NCBI RefSeq assembly: GCF_000181795.1 | Contig: NW_003526943.1 | Span: 11,522,007-11,586,006 of the forward strand | Direction: 5' to 3' | Length of the DNA stretch: 64,000 nucleotides | From: Trichinella spiralis | Lineage: Eukaryota | Part shown: positions 12,901-26,141 of the stretch, in pieces | How positions within the stretch are numbered: position 1 is the stretch's first letter | How the letters are laid out: each line of letters starts with the position of its first letter | Notes under the pieces: model-generated | The model's input: only the letters and a program-made list of their open reading frames with translations | Databases searched by the model: none | What the model was told of the DNA's origin: nothing | Position numbers and translations under genes: made by a program

Positions 12901-14902
12901 CTGAGGAATGCTGTTTAGAAACTAGCAATATCTTATTGCAAGGCAAGCAGTCGATCAATTTTTCACACTAAAACTAAATGCTTGTATAAAATTCAAATTA
13001 AAAACAAAAAGCAAAAAGAACCAACTTACAGTATCATCGACAAAAAAGGACAACTTTTTGTTTTTCAGCACAGCCCACATTTTAGTCATTGCTATAAAAA
13101 AAAAGAAAACTAATTAATAATAGTGACAATTTTATGTACAATCTGTGGAACAATTGGATGTAAAAATATCACACTGCATATATAACTGTTTGCAAATATT
13201 GCGAATTTAGTATGAGCAATAGAAAAGATTGCATGCATCATTTGCATTTTACTTGTTGCTCTTCCTTTCTTTCCACCTATCCATCCTACAAAACACACGT
13301 TGGCGTTGAGAGTCAAAAGGGGGCTGTGAGGTTGGTTTGATGCTGTATCGCCATTTCCAACACTTTCAGCATTGTTGTTACCGATGGAATTCAGCCGATC
13401 TTCAATCGGTTCTGATTCACCACCGGAAGACCAAGAAACCGAGTTCCAAAGAGAATTATCACTACCAACTGACTGTGCATCACGATAGCTTGTCTAAAAT
13501 TTAAATAAATTTCCATATCCATCAAATCAATGTAAATCATTGTCAGCGTAACATTCAATAAAGTTGAAATGAAATAACATTTCAGTCAAAAACGACTAAA
13601 TTTGTTAACTACATCAAAATTACAAATTTCATCCAGCTTAAAAACAATGAGCACAAATAACAGCTGGATGCCAAGTGATGGACTTCTTCAGTTGGGCAAC
13701 AAATTCCAAAGACTACAACTACAGCAGCACAATGCACAAAAAATTTGAATTACTTTTTATAATAAATTTAAAAAAATTGAAATGCTATATATTAAATTGT
13801 GAACCATTAAAAATAATATTAAACTTCGAGTACAGACTACTTGTACCTTCCATCTATCATGAAAAAGTGTGTGCATTAGCATAAACCATGAAAAACACTA
13901 TAATAATGTATAAATTGACATACTATAGAGAATCTGAAGGATTATATTGTAAAATCAGAAATTAATAGTAAAACTACTGATACATGGAGAAATAGAAAAA
14001 CGACAGAGTAAATTTGAAAAAAGTACTGTTTTCTTCATACCTGACGATTGATGACTGACTGTAAATGTGCTACAGTATATATCACACTTCAGTTGATTTA
14101 AAAATAGATCTTTTCGTTTGAAAAAAAATAGTTTCCCAGTGTTTAAAACAATAAAAAGTGAAATTATTCCTTTGTAAAGTTTGTGTGGAATATTAAAATT
14201 TAATAGTTTAATATAGAACAGGTGATCAAAATTGAATAATAATAATAAAAGGCCAGTTTCAATCACAAAAGCAAAACCATCGTTCAGTTGAACCGCATAG
14301 AAATTGTCAGTAAAATGTTTACGCGAGCAAATCAAAGAATTATTGATCGATGAAAAAATGTACGCGTCTGTTGAACCATTTTCCAATAAATGCTTGCATA
14401 CAAACGATTGCCAGTATACAATTTCAGTAGAGGCTGGCAACAATTGTTGTTGACCTAAGCAAATTATAACAATGCCATCAAAACTACTTTAGTAAAAATA
14501 AAAAAAATAATTATCATCATAAAGTTAATTATTTTTTTAACAACACAATTGATGATCAATTTACATTTTTTTCACTGTTAACTAAAAGTTGTGATGTGTG
14601 AATCATCGAAATTGTCGAGTGATGTTTCATCGCAAAAAAAACAAAAAAAGAAGAAATCAAACCTCGTTCGAATCTAATGCATCGATGGATGTGCAAAGTT
14701 CATTAAGGGCGTTGTCCATTTCTGCTTTTTGAACAACTTCATCCACTTGGTCAGCAGTGTCAACTCTTGCCAATCCGGCATTATCCAAGCCTTGGTTGGA
14801 TTTCTGTACAGCATGGGCAGTGTCGGGCTTTTTGAGCTTGGAAAGCCGAGGAGTTGGTTTCGGCGGCGTGTCCAAATCCATTTCAAGCCTGCTTGGTGCC
14901 AA
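9962..14902 (-). CDS. ARAP/RhoGAP15B-like protein with PH-PH-RhoGAP-RA-PH architecture, multi-exon
   Basis: Spliced translation gives PH (KMWAVLKNKKLSFF...ENDLTAWITLLGK), a second PH end (WIQADSKAITSAWRAVV), RhoGAP (VPMIVEKCINFISVYGLETEGIHRMCG...VTSVLRKFL...EPLVP...NYSTLRKLVGHL...NKMNVQNLACIFSPTIF), RA (LTAENVCEYV...ALFEVICDGQLERLV...RW) and a terminal PH (FAKRYLALFPNELMLFRNQK). Stop at 9962. The start Met is tentative. Confidence 0.85.
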
Positions 14903-16293
14903 CTTTCTGAAGCTGCTTTGTCAAAAATGAGTCCTCCACAAGCAACAAGAACAGAACAACGCTGGCAGGCATGAAATTGCAAAAGCAACCGGCTGAAAAG
15001 CGCGCTTATTTGCTGCCGGGAGGGCACGGCTGCAGCTAATCGTTGCCCAATGTAGAACAATTTTCCAACAGGAAATCAACAATCAGTACAATCACCACAA
15101 TGGCTAACAGGAAATGATGCCGCTTATTTCAAAATACCGTCCGGTCAAACCGTATGAAAATTTTCCATCAATGCTTGCTTTTCAACAAACGGAAAGATAA
15201 CGCCAATACACACACATATGAAAGAATCGAACAAAACAAAATCAAATTCAAATATGAATCACCATAGGTCAGACGACCATATGCATATGCAGACGAATCA
15301 TACGAGCTGAAATAATACTCACGGGTCAGATGTTTTAAAAATCAAATCCCAATATAATAACTATTACATTCATAAAATTAAAACGACATGCAAGTAATAA
15401 ATTTATGAAACATTATGAATTATAAAATAATTTATTAAAACGAACAATATTAAAAAAAAATTTCTGAATAACCTGTTCAGTTAACACGAATCAATGTTAT
15501 ACATGTTAAACTAATTTAACATAAACATGGTGGCCCAAAATTAAGAAAACAAATGCTTATATACTGACATAATACTGAATTACAGTAATCATAAAAAATT
15601 AAATTATCTGTAAAAATTATTTAAAAAATTTATTTATTTAACAATAAATAACTTTTTTATATCACAAATAATTAAACTGAAAAGAGAAAAGAATAAATAC
15701 GTCATTCAAGTAAATAATTATACAATCATCATGCCAACGTAAAAATTGCAATACATCAAAATTAAGAAATGATTTGAAATTTATGCTAAACATTTCGAAA
15801 TATCATTATAAATCAACATTGAAATAAAGGAGACATTTAAGTAAGAAATGTACCTTTTTTTTAAACAATCATGCCTACTTTGTCATAGCAGAACATTTCA
15901 ACATGCAAATCTTGCGATAGAATAAATTTCTTTTCCTGATAAATTTATAATTAAGCATCAACAACACCGTACTTGAGAAGAATACACTTTAGAAACAACT
16001 TAACTATTATTAATTGTAATAGCAATAAATAAGTGTTGAATAAATCTGTAATTTACAAAGCTATTTATTAAGCTCAAAATTATAAAATTTTATTAAAAAT
16101 TATTTTATTGCTGAATAGTAATCTGTTATTTGGTAAAGGCAAACCTATTCTAAAAAAAATTTCCAAAAAATGACTGAACACGAGTTTCAAATTTACTGTA
16201 TAGTTTGCAGTTCAACAGAATGTTGCAGTTATGTTTGTGTTGAACTGGACCGTATTTTAAATAGCACTGAGATTTAATTTTTAATTTTAAAAA

Positions 16294-16685
16294 ATGGTAG
16301 ATCAACCGAAAAAGTAAGTCATTTTTGAATAGAATTTGAAGTATTTTGCATTAAATGAAACTTAATTAAATAAAATGTATCCGAATAATTATCCAAAATA
16401 AATAATCAAATGTGATAAAACTAGAACTTTCTTCAAACGCTGATAAAGCAATGTATTTTTACTGTTTAGATATGGACTGATTTTAAAAAAATCTGCGAAA
16501 GCTCCGTTATCCGCTTCCAAACTTAGCGTATTTGATAGTTCTAGTGATGAAGAACCGGTATAATAGTTTTGAAATTAGCTTCTGATTATTAATACATACA
16601 TATATTAACATTTTTTCTCATTTTATAGAAAGAAGCATCTATTTCTAAAGCGAAGACGGTAGCGCAAAGCTCATTGAAACTTCAG
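16294..16685 (+). CDS. nsrp1: NSRP1/CCDC55-like nuclear speckle splicing regulator, N-terminal exons only (16294-16313, 16470-16557, 16629-16685), followed by an assembly gap
   Basis: Three in-phase exons give MVDQPKKYGLILKKSAKAPLSASKLSVFDSSSDEEPKEASISKAKTVAQSSLKLQ. This matches the recalled NSRP1 N-terminal pattern YGLIL...SVF.DS.DE. Splice sites are canonical GT-AG. Confidence 0.7.
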
Positions 16686-16792
16686 GTGGCGTTTTGCTTA
16701 TTTATTGTATAGGAAGTTGCATTTTAAGTAACATATAGTTTTGGAAATTATATTTCATTATTGATTTTGTGTTAATAGCATTTCTTAAATTT

Positions 16793-17009
16793 NNNNNNNN
16801 NNNNNNNNNNNNNNNNNNNNNNNNNNNNNNNNNNNNNNNNNNNNNNNNNNNNNNNNNNNNNNNNNNNNNNNNNNNNNNNNNNNNNNNNNNNNNNNNNNNN
16901 NNNNNNNNNNNNNNNNNNNNNNNNNNNNNNNNNNNNNNNNNNNNNNNNNNNNNNNNNNNNNNNNNNNNNNNNNNNNNNNNNNNNNNNNNNNNNNNNNNNN
17001 NNNNNNNNN
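16793..17009. other. Assembly gap of 217 N
   Basis: Run of n characters. Confidence 1.
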
Positions 17010-20000
17010 GCATGTATATAAAGGCAAAAGATTAAAATGTGCTCATAATGCGTAATCATTTGTGTTCAAAAGTGTCAAAAAATTAGGTCTGTATACAAAG
17101 CGGTTAGATTATCCATCTGTATTTGACGATCAGATATCAACTCATAATGCTATTCGCGTTGTTCTAGTAATATGTAAATTATTAAAATACTTCACACTGA
17201 GCATTGATTCATTGTGAGGAGTATTCATTGTTTATCCAGTTTGTGGTCAGAGTGGTGACACATTAATTTAGAAATAGAATTAATATTTTCCATATTTGAA
17301 ATATATGGACATATATATGGTTTTCATCGGTTGCTTCGAAAACAATAAATAACACACTATTTTCAACCAATTCTCATTAAATTTTCAGTCAATTCAATGA
17401 GTTTATTCATAACTGCTGAGTAAATAGCATATTTTCAGTATACAGTTTTCATGATTGTGTTTTAATACATTTAAATCATAAAGTTATTATTCATGAAACG
17501 CAAGCAACAAAAATATGAAAAATAAATTCTTATCATCTTTTATCTAAATTGTATTTAATAACCAAGATATGTAAAAGAAAATATAGAAATTGCATATCTT
17601 CTTACATTTAGTTACATAGTACACTTTATTTAATAATAATGATCTTTTTATTTGATATTAGAATTAGTAAGATACAGTACATCTGATAAGTGATGATGCG
17701 CTATTTCATAAAAGATGAATTTTAAAAGGATAATACAATAAAATAGTTCAAATCTTTATATTATCTATTCTTAAATAATTAGTTTCAAATAATAATTCCA
17801 AATTCCGAAACTCTATATGTCAAAATTTATCATAAAAATATCAACAACAAACCCACAACTAAAAATAGGGAAAATGATTCATCTGTCAATTTCATACATT
17901 TTTGACATTTACGTATGCTAATTTGTTTAATTTCCGCATACTAATTTGTTTGAGAAATGAAATTCAAACAAAGTCAAGTCTACGTCTGCTTTATAAATTA
18001 TACCAGATATTATAATGATGTACACATTACGAAATCTAATTTATGATGATTAAGATTGCAATGCATTGCTTTGCAAAGATAAGAATTAGTTAACCTTTTC
18101 CCAAAAATGTATCAATATTTATTCCAAGTTGTTAGTATAATTAAAAATTCTGCTTTTGAAACAGTTATATAAAAGACCATAACTTCAAGTTAGACCAAAC
18201 TGCTAAATAAAAGTAATTTAGAAGAGTTGACTGATAAAATTTTAAAATGTGTTTGAGAGAATTTAACTTAAAAACATATTTATTCCATTGTAAATTATTA
18301 CGGCTGTGGATTTAAATTTGGGCTCAAATATACTGCATATAAGAAATAACACATTGCAGTTATATGGATAAAAGTGTCATATAGGAATAGTATATTTCGT
18401 CTTTGAACAAAAAATTGAACTTAACATTTAAATTATAAAAGCAGTACACCAATATTTAGTTTCTGAAGATTATTTCAATAAACTGTAGAAAGTATCAACA
18501 AGTTTGTTCCATGCTGATCTAATCATGTGAAAAAAATGCAATAAAAAACTTGTTTAAGCATGTGAAATTTTTTGATTTGTCACTGAATTTAATCATTTTT
18601 TTCACATTTAATTTTAAATATACTGCAGTGACCAGAAAATAATTGTGTGCGTAATAAGCATAGTTATGCACGTTCCATTTATAGCATTTCTATACATGCT
18701 AAAAAAGAAACTATAGCTAACTTGAAAAAACTGAAAATACTTTTCAAATTTCAATTAACATAAGATAAATACTGCTGTGATTGCTAAAAGTACATGTCCT
18801 GAAATATAACGTAGTAAATTCATGCTCGAAAGCGCTGAGTTTATATTTCCAAAATTATTCCTCTTTGAAAAGTAAAACATGAGATTGCAAATTCTAATTT
18901 TACAAAAAAAAATCATGCAAAATCTTTTTTACTGCGCAGGTTTAAGTTGGAACTGCTCATGGAAGAATGACACTCGATAAATGAAATAAGGAAAGAAAAA
19001 AACTGGAATTATACCCTTTCATAGATTTTAATAAAATTTAAAAATATATTTGACAGTATTTATTTTTCAAAAATATCAAAAAGTGTTCAGCAAAAATGAA
19101 ATGATTCGAGGAATTTCGTAAATATATTTTTTAATTTTTATTTTAATGCTTATTTTAATTTAAATGTTTTTATTTGGATCAAACTGAATGCAATTTTTTG
19201 AATTTAATAGTTTCAATTTTTTCAAGCTAATATTTTGCAATAGCTAATCATATATCCATTAAATGTTACATGATGTAATAGTATTAACTCGAATACACGA
19301 AGAATGTAGTATGTGTTAGTTGATCATAACTTAAAAATATTCATAAAAGCAATACATTTCAAATATATATGTATATGTATATAATGTATATATATAATTA
19401 AAATACTAAAAGTGCATACATATATACATGCATCTATATATAAAGAAAACAGGAAAAACTGGATAAACACCACTGCAAAATCGTTGCAAAATATCAATTT
19501 TTAAAAAGTATGTGCTTTATATTAATACTCAACTTCAAGTAATAAATTAAATACTTTCAGAATTGAAATTTTATTTAGCAACTGCTATAATTTACTCTGA
19601 TTCAATAATTAGGCAAATATTACCTGAAAAACAAAAATCTTACTGTATTAGAATTACCGTATTTAAGCAGCTGAATTACTCCTCCTGCTCATTTAGATAG
19701 TGAAAGTTCAGTCATTATTTGTATTGTTCATTTGTTTTGAAAGAAACAGCTTCTTGTTTAAATATCCCATTAACTAGAAAGTTATTTAGTTTAGCGTTTT
19801 TTGTGAAATGACTTGTCTTCCTGTCAGCTAATCTTGAATATTTATCTGCAGTCAGAAAACTTTTTGAGCATTTATTTTCATTGTTTGCAGTGATTAAAGG
19901 AATTATAGTAAGAGAACTCAGAATTGAGTTTTCTCTAATAACAAACATTTACCAGTGTTTATCATATTTAATAAGTTTTAGCTTTGATACGGTTATTATT

Positions 20001-20756
20001 TTATGTTACGTGTGATAGCGCACTTTTTTAGTGGTTTTCCAGCATGCATTTCTGTCGTTTAGAGACGTTAAAGAGTTTTACTTAATGTGCTGCCATTTTT
20101 GCAGCGTAACATCAGCAACGTGTGCAAACATTCATGAAAACATTTGCCGGTTGTTAGAAAATTCTCAACTACTTTTCTGCTTATTCAAGCTTGCTGACAT
20201 TTTAGTCATTTTTATGCGCCTGCGCTTTTCTGATAAAATCAGTCACTTCTCGGATGCAGCCTTAGAATGTTCTACAGTGTATTTAGCTATTTATTTATTT
20301 TTAATTTTTTTGACGGAAGTGATTATATTTTTTGTTCATTCGAGACGGTTATTTTTATTGATTTTAAAGCATGATTCGCGTTTTACTTTCTGATTCGATT
20401 AGCAGTTGGAGTTGTTTTGCCAAGGACGAAGCACATCACCGTGCTCACGTTCATTAGGCGCGAATCGTGAGCATATAACATGATTTCAGGGACGTTGTCC
20501 CATAAATGTCGTGTTTGATGACCATGGCCGTGCTCGATGACCTGCTGTTCTTTAGCCAACTGGCCATTAAGCAGCGGAACAATAATCAAATCTGTTCACT
20601 TCCTTGACCTAACAGTGCAGATACGGATTTCCTTCCGTCTCAGCACAGTATCAACTATTCAAATTGTTCGTTGAAATTTTAAAATGAAAATTTAATTTAG
20701 ATTGTGCTTTGCTTTTGCCACTGCTTCATCAAATACTCGAGTGAATGAAATAGTTG

Positions 20757-23700
20757 ATGGGCAACAAGCAAGGCGAGAAATATTTATTTGTTATTCTTAT
20801 CTTTTGTTTGATGAAATTCATTGAAAAGCTTGTATTATAATTGATTTCAGGTAGTTCGAGGAGAAATTCTTCACCGGTGCAAAGCATGGATTCCATTATA
20901 GATTTTGAAGCAGCTCAAGCTTACGAACCTCTGGCGTTTCATTTGATCCATGGTGACAATATTCGCTTGAGTGAAAATAGAAGGGTGGCAAGACGAGAAA
21001 AATCATTCTGTAAAGTAAATTTTTTGTTTTCTTTTTTTTGAAAGCATTCAAATATGAATGTTGAAAATGAATATTTTGGCAGGTTATCGAAATTTATAAT
21101 TATTGAATGTTGTGTCAAAGTTTTCTTATGCTTTTGAATCCAGAGTGAATGAAACGTCAATCTGACGACTATTTTCAACAGCAGTTTCGAAGCTAATTAA
21201 TCTTGAATAGTTCGCATTCTTTTACGCGTTTATTATGTGAAAATGCAAGTCAAATTCCAGTTTTTACTGTAGTTGATTTAAGAATAAACATTAAAAGGGT
21301 TGTAGGTTTTTTTTGTTCAGTAAAAATCGATTGCATTGAGCGTAGAGGTAGGTGGTTTGCTTTTATATATTTAAAATTGCATTGTATTATTTTGATTTTA
21401 TTATCTATTTGAGTTGATGAAATGTGAAAATTTGAATTTTAGCTTTTTGATGAAAAAGAAATGTTGATTTTAAAATAGATGACAGCTTTTTTTAAAGTAT
21501 TCTTTAGCGTTTGTAATATGTTTGATGTTCATGAAATGAAGCGGATATTTATTTATGAAAAATAGTGATTGTAATAGTACAATCGTATGTGATTGTGAAA
21601 TTATTGTTCAAATCAATAATGGTTTGTGTGTGTTTGTCACTTTTAATCAAAAAGATGACATCATCAGAATTGAAAGTGACGTGGAAATTAATAATTTTTT
21701 TACAAGTATAATATTGAGGAAGTGAATTTGATTGCAATTTCAAATCGTGCATTTTTTCATAAATTATCGATGCATCAGTTTGATGTAAACTGGTTGTTGA
21801 TTTCATTTGTGCGCGGCAAAAGCGTTGCTAATCTAGACCTTGAGGAAATATGCAATTGGAAATAACGGTATAAGTTTTCTGCATAAAATATCTATATTAT
21901 TAAATTATTTCGATTGATCAATCAGTTGCAATTGTTTTACATCAGTAAGTGAGGTAAATTTTGTTTCTGTATGTATGTTTATCACACAATTAGAATATAT
22001 AAATTGTATTATTTTAGGCTTTGGTATTCAGCAATCGACCGGTGCAAACGAACGAATATTTTGGTTTTAAAATTATCGAAGTTGATGACTCTTGGAGTGG
22101 TACTTTGAGAATTGGCATAACGAACTGGAATCCGAAAGCTTTGCAGTTTTGTTTGCCAAAGTGATAATTAAAATTTGTTTGTTTGTTGAAGTGAAATTAT
22201 GAATGAATTAATGTTGTTGTTTGTTTGTTTCATTTTAGATTTGCATGCCCAGATTTGATCGAGTTGAAATGCAGTTGGGCAAAGGCGATCAACGAGAGGT
22301 ATTGCAAGAAGGGTCATCGTTTTTTGTTTTCTGTTAATAAGCAAGGCGAAATGACATACACCGTGAATGGACATTCACGAGGACTCTTTCTCAGCGGTAT
22401 TAAAAGTTGGATGGAAATGTATGTTGTCATTGATATATACGGTCATTGCAAGGCGGTTCAATTGATAGGTTCGATTATTTTTATTGCAAATTTTTGAAAA
22501 CAAACGAAAATTTTAAATTTTGATCTACTCCATTTAGGCGAATGTTATTTTGCAGCATCTTTTTATTATAATATTAGTGAAAGTGTTGCGTTAAATGAAA
22601 ATCGTACAGTTGTTACGAAGCATCAGCCTCAGTCGACTAGAGCGTACGCTTTTGTATGCCAGCCGTTCACCAACGATATTGTTCTTTCAATTGAAGTATG
22701 TGCGCAGATTATGGTTTAATGAATAATTTTTTTTTATTTTTTGGCTTTGTTGTCAGATTTTGAAGCTTTCTGGTGGAGTTGATGGCACGTTGTCGGTCGG
22801 TTTTACTGGACAAGAGTTGTACAACATTCGTCAGGAATGGTTGAAGAATAATCACTTGAGCCATTCCACAGCAGCTAATAAGAAAGCATGGATTTTGGAC
22901 GAGCGTATTATCCGAAACTTGTTGCCCGGTGATAGGATTCAATTTTACATTACTGAAAATGGTATTATTGAATTGTCAAATTTTGAATTCCTCCTTGATT
23001 TTAATAATTTCTTCTTCCTTCTTTTTCAGGTGTATTTTGCATGATGAAAAACGACAACAGACCAGAATACTTGAACGTCATTGACAATCCTGATTTATAT
23101 TTGTTTTTTAATTTATGCGGAACAGTGACCAGTATTCGTATAGAAGGTGAAGAGAGATGTTGTGTTTTCTTATTGATGATTCTGAATGTTGTGCAGGTTA
23201 TAAGAAAATGGCTTCCTTGCCAGAGTTGAAGCATTTTACGGATGCGCTGATTCGTGCCGAAGAAGTTCGCCGGATGTCGCCGTCATTGAGGAACGTTCAA
23301 CGACCGCAGCCTTCTCAATTACGGGTTGAACTGCCGCCTCCAAGTTGGTGTTTTATAGACTGCTTAGTGATTCATTCGCATTAATATTATCTTTCAGCTG
23401 ATACTCGGGTTGTCGATATGCCTGCTATTGTGAATGCCGTTGGTAATTTGTCTGTCATGTCGTCGTCAGACGAATGTAGCAGCACTGGGGTCGACGAGAG
23501 ACGACGACAGACTGCCCTAGGGCAACTGCCAGTGAAAAATGCTGTTGTTGGATGCTTGAGTGAATCTCAGACGTCGTCGGATGTGATAAACAGAGCAACA
23601 GGAGCCTCTTCAAATGATAATCGTTCGAAAAGTGAGCCTGAATGGGACGACGCGAATGAGTGCAAAGTTTGCATGACTGCCCAAGTAGACACGGCCGTTT

Positions 23701-23819
23701 ATTCTTGTGGCCATTATTGCATGTGCTATCCGTGCGCCATGGAAACGTTCGCCAATCACGGATGCTGCCCAATTTGTCGTGAGACAATCAAAGATGTGAT
23801 GAGAATTTTTAAATCATAA
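20757..23819 (+). CDS. neur: Neuralized-type E3 ubiquitin ligase (NHR1, divergent NHR2, C-terminal RING), about 9 exons
   Basis: NHR motifs LAFHLIHGDNIRLSENRRVARREKSFCK|ALVFSNRPV...WSGTLRIGITNWNP...KFACPDL...WAKAINE...YVVIDIYGHCKAVQL. A second NHR-like block ends LFFNLCGTVTSIRI. RING CKVC...CGHYCMCYPC...CPICRETIKDVMRIFKS* ends at 23819. The start at 20757 needs a GC-AG intron (see findings). Confidence 0.92.
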
Positions 23820-24248
23820 TTCTCACGTGTCATATTCATCACATTTTTTCTTTAAAAATATGTTTTACAACTACTTATTCAAAGCTACATTAAAAGAAAA
23901 TCTACTTATTGTATGTTTTTCTTTTCAATAATAGAACAATGATAATTGATATCATTGTTCAGTTTCAGCTTTAATTTGAAATGAAGTATATATATATATA
24001 TGTGTGTAAAATTTGAATTTTAACATTTGCTGCAATGCGAGCAATGACAACGAAATGGAACAATTTCAATTTGAAATTTAAATTGTATTTTAATGTAAAC
24101 TAAAAATCAGCAATCAAATTGTAAAGTTTAATGTTTGTTTAAAGTGATCTTTTCCGTTTGGTGTCTTCGTCATTGTTAGCTGTTGTCTTTTGCTAGACGG
24201 CGAGAGAATTTGAAAAATTGTTTCGCTTGACTATTTTCTGGTTTTTTT

Positions 24249-26141
24249 ATGCAACCAATGATGAGCGAGAAAAGCAAAGCGAAGAATGATTCTGTGAAGT
24301 CGGATTCCGATTCCAAATCCAAAGAGAAAGAAGACTCGCAGCGTAAAGCAACTGCATTTGGCAAGCTTGTGAACAAAATATCCGGTCGTTTGAAAGGTTC
24401 TGATGAATCATTAGCAAAGAAGAATGCCATAGTTGTGAAGGAAGCAACATTGGAAGACATACGCAAATCCAATCTGATCAAGTGACCCGTTGAATTTTTT
24501 GTACTAAATTCTTCTGTACTCAATTTTTTTCCTTTTCAGACCGTCCAAAGATGGAACTATTGATCTAGTAAGATGGATTTTTTCTTCTATATTATCATTC
24601 TTTTGCAAATGATTTGTTTGTTTTTTCAGAATCAGCCTATCCAACCGTTGGAAAAGTATCACTATTATCACGGTTGCGTGTCGCGTTATGATGCTGAAGA
24701 AATTTTATTAAACCATTCTCCCGGCAATTTTTTGATCAGAGCTTCCAGAAGACCAGGCAATTCGTTGGCAATTGTGTTGTCGATTCGAACAACCAGTGGC
24801 ATTAGCCATTTTGAAATACCAGTGGACAATTTTGGTGTAAGTTTTTATTTTATTTATTACCAACCAAACGCATATTGAATTTGCATTTATGTGAAAATAA
24901 ATTTAAATATTGTACTTTTTCAGAGATTCTATTTTAACGATTTCGCTTTTGAGAACCTTCACAGTTTATTGATGTATCATTTTAAACACTTCTATCCTGT
25001 GACTTTGACCACCAATTATTGCGTTTACTTGAAACATGCAATAGATCGAACTTATTGGGAATTTGACGATCGTCAGGTCCATTTGGAAGATACTCCACTT
25101 GGTGAAGTAATAATATTGTTGGTGGATTTAATTGAATTGATGATGAAAATTGAAAAATGTTGCTTCAAACAGGGTAACTTTGGTGCCGTGTATCGAGGAT
25201 ATGTAGATATTGACGGCAAACGGCAATTGTTGGCTGTGAAAACGCTTCAAGATCCGGACAATGAAGAAGGTCGTGAAGAATTGCTTCGTGAAGCTAGAGT
25301 ATTGCGCAAGCTCGAACACGTCAACATCACCAAACTCATCGGCGTTACCATTTCATCTGGTGCTACAATGGTGCTGTTGGAATTTTTGAATGGTATTTAG
25401 AAATTTATTTTATTTAAACAAATATTCTGTCGATATCAAACTGAAGAAAGAAAAGCACGGAAAACATTCTGTTACTCCTTAAATTTAGGCGGTAGTATGG
25501 ATAATTATTTGAAAAAGCATCAACTTTCTCCACGTACGAAGATGAAATTGTTATCAGATGCTGCAAATGGAATCAAATATATTCATTCGAAAAGTACACA
25601 ATTACGGTCATCAATTAATTATAAATTATTAATGTTATTGTAATATTTTTATTTTTTTAAAGATGTGATTCATCGCGATTTGGCAGCCAGAAATTGTCTA
25701 CTTTTATTGAACGAGGACAATCATCCAGAACGGGTTAAAATTACCGATTTTGGCCTCTGCGTGGAAGCGGTTCAAGTTTATCGCACGACTGATATCCAAT
25801 GCATCCCTGTTCGTTGGAGTGCACCTGAAACGCTGAAAGATAACGTTTGGTCGCAGAAAACTGACGTTTGGAGTTTTGCTGTGATTATTTGGGAATTTTT
25901 CAACGAAGGCAGCCTTCCTTATTACGATATTGAACCGTTCAGTCCAATAATTTTGCTAAAGGCATTGGCAGGAGGATATTGCCTTTTAAGTACACCTGAA
26001 ATGCATCCACAGTTGGTCAGTCTGATGGCGTCATGTTTAAATTTTGACTCTGACGAAAGGCCAACTATGGATATGGTTTATGAAAAATTGCAAGTTCTCA
26101 TATCATCTTCAGTTCATAAAAACAAGAAAGCTTCTGCTTGA
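24249..26141 (+). CDS. SH2 + tyrosine kinase of the nematode Fer/Fes-like (spe-8-type) family, about 7 exons
   Basis: SH2 (YYHGCVSRYDAEEIL...GNFLIRAS...VLSIR...HFEI) and kinase motifs LGEGNFGAVYRG, AVKTL, LREARVL, IHRDLAARNCLL, KITDFGL, IPVRWSAPE, DVWSF, ERPTM. Includes a 28-nt microexon at 24540-24567. No F-BAR domain is seen. Confidence 0.9.

Noticed and set aside
16702..17059. ORFs made of X residues
   Set aside because: Artefacts of the N gap.
17010..20030. Possible gene after the gap, including ORF 19715-19948 and a C-box-like ATGATGA at ~18043
   Set aside because: I found no consistent exon chain, no recognisable motif and no matching D box.
20383..20650. GC-elevated block with a minus-strand 68-aa ORF
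   Set aside because: It is better explained as a 5' UTR exon or promoter of neuralized, with a donor-like site near 20648 and an acceptor at 20700.
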